A stretch of DNA of 63,747 bases, the filler included, from Reticulomyxa filosa (Eukaryota > Protista > Foraminifera), in NCBI GenBank assembly GCA_000512085.1. It is 15 parts of 15 records of this genome, joined end to end, with 100 filler letters (N's around TTAATTAATTAA, not from the genome) between each part and the next. Parts side by side here need not be neighbours in the genome. Positions count along the whole stretch, not along the records: positions 1 to 9,705 come from ASPP01001255.1; positions 9,806 to 19,568 come from ASPP01023995.1; 13 more parts are not named here. The stretch is one strand, 5' to 3'. The notes under the pieces were generated by a model. It did no database searches, was not told the origin of the DNA, and was given only the letters and a program-made list of their open reading frames with translations. Below, one piece after another: positions 1-11,916 of this stretch (position 1 is its first letter; each line of letters opens with the position of its first letter). The position numbers and the translations under genes were made by a program.

Positions 1-345
1 ATTCATAACTGGATTCACTTTCATCTAAATCAGAATTAGATAAATTTAAATATTTTTTCTTTTTCCATACACTTTCATATTTCATAATCCAAATATGTTT
101 ATATTCAGTTGGCCCTTGTCCACCAAATGATAATAAAATATGATAATATTTGGAATTATATTGAATACGTTTATAAATAACACATTGTCCAAATAAAGAT
201 TGATTAAAATTATAAAAAGAATAAGTTGAAACATATTTAAATAAATTTTTGGATGTATGAAATGAAAAATAATGATTTGTAAAAAAACTTCCACAAATAA
301 TAATTTTATTTGAATTTGGTATGGATATACATTGAGAAGTGTAAT
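1..345 (-). CDS. Kelch-like beta-propeller family protein, partial (runs off the window start)
   Basis: Manual translation of a stop-free frame missing from the ORF track: SQCISIPNSNKIIICGSFFTNHYFSFHTSKNLFKYVSTY...LFGQCVIY...ILLSFGGQGPTEYKHIWIMKYESVW. Kelch-type GG motifs; probably the same family as the 54471-54918 fragment. Confidence 0.65.
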
Positions 346-1175
346 GCATATAAGATGAAATAGTATATATGTTCGTTTCGTTTGTTTATACAATCAACAG
401 AAAAAAAGTAAATTATTTGTATAATCAAATTCTGTTTGTTCTAACGACTGCTTTTTCTAAATTTATAAAAAAAAATTTAAAAAATAGTATAAATGTATGT
501 GGTATCAAAAAATTGCACATACATAACACTTTTTAAAAGAAAATTTTTTACAGTTTACGATGTCTGTCCTTTGAATATTTGAATTTTTTTAAAATCCATT
601 TCTCGTCTTCTTTTTTTTTTAGTTTTTAGATTTACATATCAGCTCACCCTTTTTTGACGACAAAAACAATCATTGTACTTTATTTTTGTTGAAGAACAAT
701 TACCTCGGACTACTTTATAAAATGATCGATCCGTCGAATTTAATATTCGGAGTCAAATCCATTTTATCAACTTTGTCTCTTTCAGACTGTTTAGTTTGTT
801 TATTAAATATGTCTGTGTTGCTTACAAACAATATATCTATAAATGAAATTGAAAAAGTTTACCAACTGTTATATTAAAATTATTTTGTTCCATGCGTGTA
901 TAACTTCGAGAAGTTTTTTTCAAACAAATATACAAATATGTGATCAAAAATATGCTTTATAAAAAAAAACAAGAATTTTGAAAATTCACAAAAATTTGAG
1001 AGAAAAATTGACTTATATTTTTCTTTTATTGCTATTGAAAGTTCTTTCAAAAGTTATTCACAGTAATACGACAAAATAATTAATGAAAACAGCTTCGCTT
1101 TGACCTCTGTCCCTCCAAATAGATGTCTATTTGAAATTGTATTTAAAAAATGTATGCTCTCGTGTGTAATTGTCA

Positions 1176-2345
1176 TTATCCCCAAATTCGAATTGTGTCA
1201 TCCCAAGAACATGATACAATTGTGCTTTCATTTGGTGAAATATCCACAGCTGACACTAGCTTAACATTCCCTTCTAGCCTCTGTATTTCATAGCCCGATT
1301 TCACATTCCACAATCGAATTGTCCTATCATTTGAACAAGAGACAATAGTTCGACCGTCTCGAAAATATTTCGCAGCTCTCACAATTTCTGTGTGCCCCTC
1401 TAATTGTTTTAATTCTGTTCCTGATTCAACATCCAATATCCGAATTTTAGTGTCCCATGAACATGACACAAGAGATCGGCCATCTGGAGAAAAATTTGTA
1501 CGCATTACATAATCTGAATATTTTTGTAATTCTTTTAATTTTTCACCTGACTTTGCATCCCACAGAATAATTGTTTTATCACTAGATGATGATACAAGTG
1601 TTCGATCATCTGGTGAAAAATGTACATCATTTATTGTATCTTGGTGACCCACCAATTTTTGAATTTCTTTTCCGGATTCCACATCCCAAATCCTTATTGT
1701 CTTGTCAGACGAACCTGACACAATTTGTTTACCATCAGAGGAAAAATTCACACTCCATATCCACTTCAAATGCCCTTCCATTTTTTTAATTTCCTTTCCT
1801 GATGTTGCATCCCACAATCGAATTGTTTTGTCACATGAGCATGAAACAACACTATGTCCAGATGGTGAAAATTCTGCAGCATTAACCCAATCGGTATGTT
1901 CTGCAAAAACCTGAATGCTTTTTCCTGATGCAATGTCCCATATTTGGGCCGTATTATCAGATGATGACGAAACAACCCTTCGACCATCTGGTGAAAATCG
2001 TACATAATTTACTGTTTTGGTATGTCCTCGTAGAATTTTCAATAATTGAAAATATTTGCTCTATGTTTTCAAGTTCGTAATCTAATAATAGCAATAGACA
2101 TTTTCTTGGACTTAAAGAAAAACAATTAGTATTACTTAACATAACTGATAACAAGTTTGTCAAAATCATGGATCCATCCTAATCTTACATTCAAACTTCG
2201 AAGCCAGTTCTGAATTACAATTTTTACTTCTTTCTCTGTCTGTTTTTTTTGTTAGCTGTTTTACAGTGATTTGCTAGTCCGAAATATTGGACACGCTTAC
2301 CAACTGTGGGATCGAGATCCCTTGTTGGTCGTTAGTAGTATTCAT
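1176..2345 (-). CDS. WD40-repeat protein (7 blades) with N-terminal LGWIxDFDK module; 3 exons: 2345-2301, 2239-2141, 2060-1176
   Basis: Seven GH...WD repeats. Two phase-0 GT-AG introns (2300-2240, with CTAAC branch site, and 2140-2061) join MNTTNDQQGISIPQL|TEKEVKIVIQNWLRSLNVRLGWIHDFDKLVISY|SKYFQLLKILRGH in frame. Confidence 0.88.
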
Positions 2346-3483
2346 TCATACACTTTCTTTTATTGTGTTAGAAAATGGCAAATCAGTCTTCGAGGATTTA
2401 AAATAAATTTGGCTTTATATCTTCTTGTTTTTCTCCTTTTTTTGGTTAACTTGTTTTTAGTACCCTTTTCTTTCAAAGTTTCAAATTTGGCTTGCAATGA
2501 AACTACAAAAATGAGAATAATTTGTTTTTTAAAAAATTGATCCCGAATTTATCTGCTAAGTTGATTTGAGATAGAGCGCTTACAACAAACCAATTAAGGA
2601 GTAATATACTAGTTCTTCGAATTTCATTAAATTGACCAATTTTTTAAAATACAATGGTATAAAGAGATATTTCAAATTTAAAGATAGCATATTCACGACA
2701 ATTTCATCAAGATTATTATAAATCCAGTTAATAAAAGAAACACGATCAAAGATATAATAAGAAAAAATAAAAGAATAGTAATTGTACCCGTGATATGTAT
2801 TTTTTAATTCTGATAAATTTCATAATATTCAATCACAAACTCAAGTAAAATGTAGATAGCAACATGATAATTTTAAGATAAATAATCTTGTTTGCACTCA
2901 AATCTCGATGTTCAACAATTTGCGCTCGTTTATTTCAAAAAATTCTGTTTTTGTTGCCAGTGCTTTTTCAAAGTACTTAACTGCTTTCACTGCATTATTT
3001 GGAAATAACCATTTAATGTTCGTATTTTTGTTCAAGCAACAGGCAAACTGTATTTACTTAAAAGGGCTTCCTCAAGTATTTATTTCAACACTTGGAGTTG
3101 ATAGTAATTTAAAAGATTAAGTGCTTAAAAATGTAATATCAACTTGCATTCCTTGATATTCAACATTTTATTTTGTTGGTGTTGAGCCCTTTCATCTGTA
3201 GAAAGCACTGTCGCTTTTTTTTAATGATTGTAAGAAGACATGTGTTAGGATTTGGTTTTTCGATTCCTGAATGTCCAATATCTTGCCAATTGCTTTGCAA
3301 AATTGCTATAAAAAATATTTTGAAATGGTTTGACTTTTACTTGGTGCACAAAAGCGCAAGGAAGAGAAAGATTCCATTCTCCTTCACAAATACTCTCAGT
3401 GTTATGAAAACAAAACAATGGAAAAGAGATCCTACATTTTTTGTTTTTTGAAAGGAAAGAAAAAACTAAAAAAAAATTTGGTT

Positions 3484-4943
3484 TTAATGGCAAGCCACAT
3501 ATTGCACGACATCGGAATCAAATGGGTAATATCGGAGAATCGTATTACTGTCGCTCAAATACTGACAATTTTCAGCTGAGTCCAAATCATCGAGATAACC
3601 GAGTACAATTTCGACCACTCCTTTTTCTCCAAACTTTCGGGTCAATGCATCGTAACGCATGTTTTGGAGCCACTCCTTTTTGCGATAGAACTTTTGAATA
3701 CTGGTTCGGAATCGGTATGCGTCATATTGTTTGGAGGCAAACTCTTTGATGAAAATGCACGGAACGCACGGAAAATTATAGATCGTGTATACACAAGTTA
3801 TAGAAAACAGTAAAACAGAGAACCAAAACATCAAAGTTTGCGAAATATCATATTGAAAGTTGAACGTCATTATCGATTCTTCTTCGCCATTACTATTACC
3901 ACTTCCATTTCCATTGTCATCACTCCCGTACGCACCACATAATGAATTTGTAGTGAAATTGATAGACATAAGGTAATAAATGGAGGGATAGTCATTACGA
4001 AACAAATGAGAGGATGGCAACGTAATCTCCATTTTGAGGCCGTCCGTACTTTGGCGCACTGTCTCGCAACGAAACGAAGTCACTCCATTTCCACGATTGC
4101 CACTATAATTGTATTTGGGCAGCTCCACAAGAGACTCCAGATCAGAGACTAGTTCCACTGCCAAACATGCCTCCGACTGGAATTTTCTTTGCCATGGCAA
4201 TTGCAGCTTTTTTTAAAAAAATTAAAAAATCAAAGTTGATTTGAATTGAATGAAATCGAGTGTTTGGAATAGGAGAAAGAGAGGGAAAAAAAGGATGCCA
4301 TTTTGCACACCTTAAAAGTGATGGTAAACGAATGGACAATAGATTGGTAATGAAGCAAGTAATAAAACATGGTAGTTTCGGGTTCAGACGCGGACTGAAG
4401 TGTGTAGTGAGGATAGTCATAACAGGGATTGACATGGTAACGTCGATGCTGCAAAGTGAACAACGGTATGGTAACATATTGATACGTAATCCGATAATTG
4501 CACATTGCAAATTTGTTATTGGTAAGTCCAAGACGGATATTTGTGTGTGGTGCAAACAGTTTTTGATTGGACCATTGGCACACACAACCACTTACAGTAT
4601 TATTTAGCTGACAACAGTTTTCAAGTGAGATGTCGCTATTGTTTTTGATTTGTTTTCCTGTTATTTTTTCTTCGATAGTCATGTTCCATGGAGTGTCACA
4701 ATTCGAATTAACTTTTGCAAACACTTGATATACGTTTGGATATTGCACTAACGTTGTTTTATTGTACTCTATTGTTGTTACTGTTGATTCGTTCATCCTC
4801 AGTCCTACCAATTTTGTCCCAGGATTCAAAAACTCACTGTCGATTGCTGTTGGCTGCAGTACTGACGCCAATACAAATAGTGTCACCGTTGCACACATCA
4901 AAAGACACAGTCCGTAAAGCTTAAATAGTGTTGTTATTTCCAT
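3484..4943 (-). CDS. Uncharacterised membrane protein (N-terminal hydrophobic anchor, Cys/N-glycosylation-rich luminal part, second TM near the C-terminus); 2 exons
   Basis: ORFs 4230-4943 and 3484-4200 join in phase 0 through a GT-AG intron at 4310-4207 (TITFK|LQLPW). Hydrophobic stretches GLCLLMCATVTLFVLASVL and LMFWFSVLLFSITCVYTIY. Confidence 0.65.
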
Positions 4944-5383
4944 TGCTCCGGCTGTGGATTATTTCAACATTGGAGAATGTGAGCAATCAAAATTTAAAAA
5001 AACAACTGAAACTAAAAACGGGAAAAGATTAAGTTTGGGTCACAACACAAGCTGTCTACCTCTGTTCAGATATAGATTTTTTTTTTTGAACAAATTTTTT
5101 TCAAAAGAGAAAGGGACGTGGTGTGTTTCTTCGGATACTTCTAGCAATTTTTGGTATAACAACGTTTGAGTGGATTACTTCTTAACAACACAAAGGGATA
5201 AAATTATAATTCAATAAAACTACTTGCCTTTTGTTTTTGAATATGGCGAATTCTTTTTGTTTTTATTTTTCAAAAAGGATTATTTGTCCCTTTTTTAGGC
5301 TATACTATGTGCAACAGAGTGATTTTCATCTTAGTATTTTCCAGACTGTCGCTTAAACGAACTTTTTTGTCTTAAAAAGGAAA

Positions 5384-7560
5384 ATGTTGCGATTAGATTA
5401 TCATCAACAACACTACAATGATTGTATATATGACAACTTTGAAAACGCATGTTTTGACAAGAAGTGGATATCAGTGTTGCATGAAGACAAAAAGATAAAC
5501 AAATACGTTTGCTTTGTTTGCAAACAAGTTGCGAACAAAGTAATGCGCAGTACCGAAAACGAAAAGGCTTTGATAGTTGGAAGGAAGTGTCTGAAAAAAT
5601 ATAAAAATGACACAAGCATGCATGATCCAAACCAAAGCCGCCATAATTACCCCTACGATATCGATGCCTCAATGCAAGTGCAAGTAGAAAATTTACATGT
5701 GGTGTGCTGGCAACAATATCAACTCGATGTGCAATACACTAAAACTTTGGAGAAGAGAGAAGGCAAGTATCTTCCAATGCTGAACACCGCAGTATGCACA
5801 TTCCGAGGAAAACTCAAATGCATGAAAGAGCATTTGGAGCAGTCATGTCAACTTACCAAATGGAGATTTTACATCAAATCCGTTGAGCTCAATGCGTCGC
5901 AGCAAAAAATTGAGCAGCTGGAAGTTAATAAAACGTACCTATGTTTTTTGTTGTTTGGAACAAAAATATGGAGCCAATAAAACTCAGGGCAAAATATATG
6001 TGACAGAAAAGAGTAGTAAAATTGGAAAATGAAAATAAACAATTGAAATTGCAAGCAGAGTCCAATACAAAAAATGAAATTCATTCGTTTAAAGAGAAAA
6101 CAAGCGCCAAGCCACCAACAGAATTGTCAATTGAATCAGATCAATACGAACTAGGTTTTATTTGTATTTTGAGTTGTTTTTAAAAAAGAAAATTTTTAAG
6201 GCAAAAAAAAAAAAAACAACTTATTTGCCAAGATTACTCCCTTTTTTTTGTTTTCTGCAAAGATAAATATTGTTTCAAAAATGCATATAAAAACAAAAAT
6301 TGATCCAAACTAGGAAAGCTTTACCAAGAAGAAACAACAGATTCTAACTTTGGATCCAAACACGTTAACCTTGTGCGTTAAAAATGTGCATAAGTATGTG
6401 CGTGCACAAAAAAAAAAAAAATGAAAAAAAGATAAAGTGATAACTATTGATGCAAATGTATTTCCCCTAAAATACAAACTAAAAGAAGCAGAAAAATAAT
6501 GACAACAATGACATGTAGCAATCGAGTGCGGCTGTTGGACAAGTTGAAAGTGAATGTGAAAAGGAAATGAAAGAGTTGGAGGCATCGCCACAAAGGAAGC
6601 AAGTCAAAATTAAAAACGAAATAGAACAAGAAAGTGATGACGAAATTGACAATATTCCATTCCGTTGGAGCAAAGTTGAGCGTCCAAGCGAATTAAGAGT
6701 ATTGGAACAACACACAAGCAAATTGAAATGTGTACAATTTTCACCAGATGGACTCGCAATTGTTTTTGCGGCGGACAAATGTGCTGAAATTCAATCGATC
6801 CAATCGCATTGCAAAATGGCCACACAATTCAATGGCCATTCGAACATTGTGAAATAGTGTTCGCTTTTCTCCCGATGGTCGTTGTATGGTTTCTTGTTCA
6901 TGGGATAAAACAATTCGATTGTGGAGTACAAAGACAGGTAGAGAACTCACAGCATTTAATGGACATTCTGATGTGATTAGGTGTGCACAATTTTCACCGG
7001 ATGGTCACACGATTGTGTCGTGCTCACGTGATAGGTCCATTCGCTTGTGGGATATCGCCACTGGCCGGGAATTACAATTCTTCGGGATACACTCGAAAAG
7101 TGTGGATTGGGTGCAATTTGCTCACGATGGCCACTCCATTGTATCATGCTCTTGGGATCTAACTGTTCAATGGCTTGATATAAAACAAAATAAAGCTGTC
7201 AAAGTATTCACCGGACATTCTGACGCTGTACACAGGATCAACCTTTCACCTGATGGATGCAAGATTGTTTCTTGCTCCAGTGACAAAACTATTCGATTAT
7301 GGGACGTCTCGACAACTAAGCAACTTTATGCGCTTAACACGCATTCTGGAGACGTCAATTGTGTTCAATTTTCACCAGATGGTCGCACAATTGCATCTTG
7401 CCATGAAGACAATGCTATTCGCTTGTGGCGTTGCGATCCCACAAACCCGATACATATAATCAAAGGGCATTCTGCTGCTGTCAATGATGTTTGCTTTTCA
7501 CCTGACGGACACAGAATTTTGTCATGCTCGTCAGATAAAACTATTCGATTGTGGAAATGA
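5384..7560 (+). CDS. Degenerate RING/TRAF-type zinc finger - coiled coil - WD40 protein (TRAF7-like architecture), multi-exon
   Basis: CFVCKQVAN...GRKCL, then a TRAF-like C...C...HLEQSC finger, coiled-coil exons, and WD40 repeats at ~6700-7560. One extra A at ~6853 (GTG AAA TAG instead of GTG AAT AGT) splits the WD40 frame. Joining these parts into one gene is an inference. Confidence 0.6.
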
Positions 7561-7754
7561 CTTTTTTTTAGTAATTTGTCTTTGCTTAAAATAAATCAAA
7601 ACTATTTATTGCTAAACAATTCACAAAATTTTGTTTTATTACTGGAAACCTCGTTCCAAATGTATTTGCCCGTTCACTACCAAAACGTGATTTAACAAAA
7701 GTTAATATTTTGAAACAACATAGCTAATGAAGCAATAACTAACATAAGAATACA

Positions 7755-9550
7755 CAGTAGAATGCAAAGGATGTTAACACATAAAATAGTATTTGTATAT
7801 ATTATCTATTTTCTTCATGAAGAAACAACATTTAAGCTTAATTTTTTTTTTAATCTTAAAAAAAAATCCATAAATCATGTAGTTTTTAAATATAGTTTTG
7901 ATTTTTTATTATTGTTTCAAAAATTTGAAACTTTTTGAGAAAAAGGCAACAGTCATTAACAATGAAATTTGCCAACTTTTTTAAGCATTTTCAAAAAATA
8001 TTCTACAATGAATATTTGCATAAATTTTCTTCAAGAACAAAAAATTTTATAGTCGAATAAGTGTATCAAAAACAAAAATTTCTAAAGAGTAAAAGAAAAG
8101 TAAAGAGTTAATTTTAGTGTTAATATTATGATAGCAAAGTAAGATCTTTTTTGACTTTTGTTTTTTTATTGTGTATATTTAATTGCTAAATTTGTACTTT
8201 TGAGATTAAGTTTTGTTTTTGCTTAGTTTATCATTGTTCAAGATTTGGCAGCGATTATAAACAACATAAAACAATGCTTAAAAATAATTTAACCAATAAC
8301 TTCCAACATTACTTTTTTCTAGAATAAATACCATTTTGGTTTTTTATTACATCTTTCCTAATTGTTTAAAAAATGTGAATATTTTATTCATTTTTGAAAA
8401 TTTTCGAGAAAAAGTTGACAATCGTGCCTATGTCGTAACCATGAAACTTGACAACTTTTTTTAAGCATTTTCAGAAAGTTCTCAGTGCATATATATTTGT
8501 AAAAAAAAGATTAGTCTTTTAGTGCGTAGTTTTTGAAAAAGCTCAATTTTTTGTTAACCAAAAAATTTTTTTTGCAGATTTAATGTTATTTTGCAAAGTT
8601 TGTACATTGTGAATGTATGATGGTTTTTGACTACTGTTTGCTTTGTCTTTACTTATTATTGGTTTTTTTGCTTTTTTTTTTGTCTAGTACCAATTAAGTC
8701 AAGTTAATTCAAAAGCATCAGAACTGAATTTTTTTGTGGTAAAATTGTTTTTAATGAAAATTACCATTTAGTCACATTACTTTTTGCATTGTATACTGCT
8801 TGCATTTTCTTCAGAATTGATTTTGTTAAGTTTGTGCATGTTTATTTGTTATTTTTTTCCATTTTAGTTTAAATTGTTTCATGAGTTCTTTTGACCCGAA
8901 TGGTCCATTTTTGAATAATTTCGTTTTCACTATCCACCACAGATTTTCGATTTAGTTCAGGTCTGTAGAATTTGTATTGAAATGCAATACTTTGATATCA
9001 TTTAGTTCAAACTATTTTTTGGCATTATCTTGCTAAAATATACAATTTTCATTATCTTCTAAACACAATTAATGCTTTTTGAGCATTTCATCGACTAGAA
9101 TTTCTTTGTAAATGTATGAATTTACAAATCAATTAATGTTACATGCATAAAAAGGTCTTGACACTCCAAAGCAAGACCACACTATTATGCATCTACTACC
9201 AATTTGACATTTTTATGATCGATTTGCATAACATTCATGACTTACACAATATTGTTTTGCAACTTTGTGCAAACTCCAGCACTGATTCAACAGCGCAAGT
9301 CTTTTGTTAAAATTCTCAATCATTTCAAAAAAATAATTAAAAAATTCAAATATTGAACAACATTGATCTAAAAAAAAAATAAATGATAAATATTGAAATA
9401 ATTATGAAAGATTTAATAAAAAAACCAATATGATATTTAAAAAGTACACTATTTATAGATATTTTTTAAAATGTTGTTTTTTCATGTAGAAAATCAATCA
9501 TATCTATAAGGTGCCATTCTATGTGTCAACTTTCTTTTGCATTCTTGTGA
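7755..9550 (-). mobile_element. Decayed Tc1/mariner (DD34E-type) transposon with ~160-bp degenerate TIRs
   Basis: Inverted repeats at ~7755-7915 and ~9410-9550. Transposase remnant at 9300-8761 (-): VES...IIVWSCFG...VNSYIYKEIL...F*QDNA...NSTDLN*IENLWWIVK...AVYNAKSNVTKW*. Confidence 0.85.
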
Positions 9551-9705
9551 ATGTTGTGTTGTATGTTATTTGACTTAGATTAATTGATTGCAATTTTGTT
9601 TTATCAATTTCCACCATTAGAAAGTTATACATCAATATGTTTAGCTACGTGTTTAGTTAATATCATACCTAGTACATATTAATCATGACTGACGTATCAT
9701 ATACA

Positions 9706-9805
9706 NNNNNNNNNNNNNNNNNNNNNNNNNNNNNNNNNNNNNNNNNNNNTTAATTAATTAANNNNNNNNNNNNNNNNNNNNNNNNNNNNNNNNNNNNNNN
9801 NNNNN
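9706..9805. other. Artificial contig-joining spacer (first of 14)
   Basis: N44-TTAATTAATTAA-N44, a six-frame stop linker. Identical spacers at 19569-19668, 31473-31572, 39348-39447, 40491-40590, 44720-44819, 46631-46730, 49388-49487, 52341-52440, 53809-53908, 54919-55018, 57719-57818, 59093-59192 and 62500-62599. Confidence 0.98.
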
Positions 9806-11302
9806 TTGTTGACGGCGATCATATCAATGATCGCCTACCCAGATTTTTGGTACGACGCGCTAATTCGCATGAAGAAGCATAGCGTGCACTTTTGGGTATG
9901 GCGTCACGCATCGGGATCGATAATTTTTTATTACTTGTGGTTCCTGGCAGTGAACCGCCAAGGGGTGTTCCCCTGGGGTACGTATATCCATCACGGCTTT
10001 GCGATCATGGCAGCAGCGTTGATTCTGAATGGGACATTTTTGCCGCACGCATTGTGGTACGGCACGACAGGTACGTCACTGGCCTTTATGGTGGACGTGC
10101 TGTTCGTGTGGAGAGGACGCTACGCCTTCAAGAGTCCGGAAGGCACGCAAAAGTTTGCGCGTTTTACTATGTATTGGTATGCCATGTGCTGTCTGCTCAA
10201 TCTGACGGGCCAGATCTTTATTACCATCAACGGCGTCGTTCGAGGAGTCTTCAATTGGATCAACGTGGTCTTGGACGTCTTTATGATCGCGGGTTGGGTG
10301 TATGACGACCAGATCCTGCTGCGAGCCTTGTATGAGTATTCCGTCACGGTGTACACCTCGGACGAGCTGAAGATGAAAATGCCCACGCAAAGGGTCAATC
10401 CTATTAAAGGTGATAATGATGTTGATGAAGTAGATCATGCTATTGCAAATATTACCGATGCAAATACAAAAGCAAATACAAATGCCAATAATAATGATAA
10501 TGATAATAATAATAATAATGATAATGGCCATCCCTCGCCCATCTATGTTTCGTCCCAACATTCTGAACGCACCAGGTCTCCTGAAAATATCACCTTCTCT
10601 CCTGCTGTCAAGATTGTGTCACGCTTGTTCTCGCTGCGAGACTCGGTTCGACATACCAATCGACTCCCTGCTGTCTTCACTGTCGCCTTGTCTGATCCTG
10701 TCCTGCCCCTCACTCCTCTCAGTCCTCGCGCTCATGCTTACGATACAAAGTTCCCGTCCATTCGGACCAATCCACCAAAGTCCGCCATAGGACCAGGAAC
10801 AGGGGTTGAAGCGAAAGAGGCTCAACATCTCAAACACACAAACTTACTCGCCGTCAATGAAAATATACATGTTGCTCCGCTCACCATTAGCCTCTCCGTT
10901 GATCTAGCCACCGAGTCCGCCAATCCAAATCCAGCGTCGGAACAAGGCAATAGTCCTGTTGTGACTCCAAAAACACCCATTCTGTCTCATCCTGTTCAAA
11001 GCGTGAACGAAATGGAATTCATTGAAGTCGCAAAGACTAATCAAGTGAATGCTATTGCTGGCACTACGGCCGATGGCGACGCCAAGGAAAAACCAATTGA
11101 AGACCAACCACCTTTACAAAGAACCACTACTGAAACTTTCCGCAGAATTCAGTCCCATAAAGGTGGCGTTGACTTGGGATTTGTTATGTTCATCACTGAG
11201 GAGTTGGCAAGGGAATTTGATCAAATAGATGCTAATGATAATGCTGACAAAGGCTTTTCTCCAAAAAGTCCACAAGAAAAGACTCATTCCACAAAGCTAT
11301 AG
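9806..11302 (+). CDS. Multi-pass membrane protein, TLC-domain-like, with long disordered C-tail; 5' partial
   Basis: 498-codon open frame from the contig edge. About 5 hydrophobic helices, a YIHH motif as in TLC (TRAM/LAG1/CLN8) domains, then an N/P/S-rich tail. Confidence 0.65.
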   Translation: MLTAIISMIAYPDFWYDALIRMKKHSVHFWVWRHASGSIIFYYLWFLAVNRQGVFPWGTYIHHGFAIMAAALILNGTFLPHALWYGTTGTSLAFMVDVLFVWRGRYAFKSPEGTQKFARFTMYWYAMCCLLNLTGQIFITINGVVRGVFNWINVVLDVFMIAGWVYDDQILLRALYEYSVTVYTSDELKMKMPTQRVNPIKGDNDVDEVDHAIANITDANTKANTNANNNDNDNNNNNDNGHPSPIYVSSQHSERTRSPENITFSPAVKIVSRLFSLRDSVRHTNRLPAVFTVALSDPVLPLTPLSPRAHAYDTKFPSIRTNPPKSAIGPGTGVEAKEAQHLKHTNLLAVNENIHVAPLTISLSVDLATESANPNPASEQGNSPVVTPKTPILSHPVQSVNEMEFIEVAKTNQVNAIAGTTADGDAKEKPIEDQPPLQRTTTETFRRIQSHKGGVDLGFVMFITEELAREFDQIDANDNADKGFSPKSPQEKTHSTKL

Positions 11303-11916
11303 CTCCGAAGCGCTTTCTTTTTGTTTGTTTTTTGATTTTTGTTATTGTTACTTTTTTTATGTTGTTTTCGTCAGAGACTGTCAAATCACTTTTGTGTTGA
11401 TGTTTTATCTCCCTTTTTTTTTTTGTTATCGAGTGCTTTTGTTTTTTTGGATAAAGTGAGCAAGGGGATCTCGAATTTCTTATAGTGTAATATAGTGGAA
11501 ATTTTTTGGTGATGGCAAAAATTACGCGGTGTTTTTTTGTTGTTGTTGTTTCAAATACGTTTGTTTCAGTTTGCTAAATACTTTCAGAGAACAAAATCCG
11601 CAGGCAAGTGTAAGTCACTTCAAAAAAATCAGCAAAACAAATTTTTATCAAGGCTATTTTTGCATTGAAAAAATCTGTCTTACAAAAAAAGTGCAATAAG
11701 GTGCTCGCATGAACGTTTCATATGAACTGCTTATTTTTTTTTTAAAGACCAAACCCTATCAAAAATTTGGACATTTGAAATGAAAAATGGATTGCAAAGA
11801 ATAAACTAGAAGTTTAAAAGGCGATGAACATTTGTTTCACTGTTGTCATACCCACTTTTCTCCCAAAAATTTCAAAAAACAAACACGCCTCACATGTCCT
11901 GAATCAACGAATTAGG

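Noticed and set aside
2900-3020. Possible TPR remnant on the minus strand (AVKYFEKALA)
   Set aside because: A single short motif among stops; too little to support a feature.
9806-10390. GC-rich 5' half of the TLC-like gene as contamination or transfer
   Set aside because: It is one open frame continuing into host-style poly-Asn sequence on a contig with intron-rich host genes.
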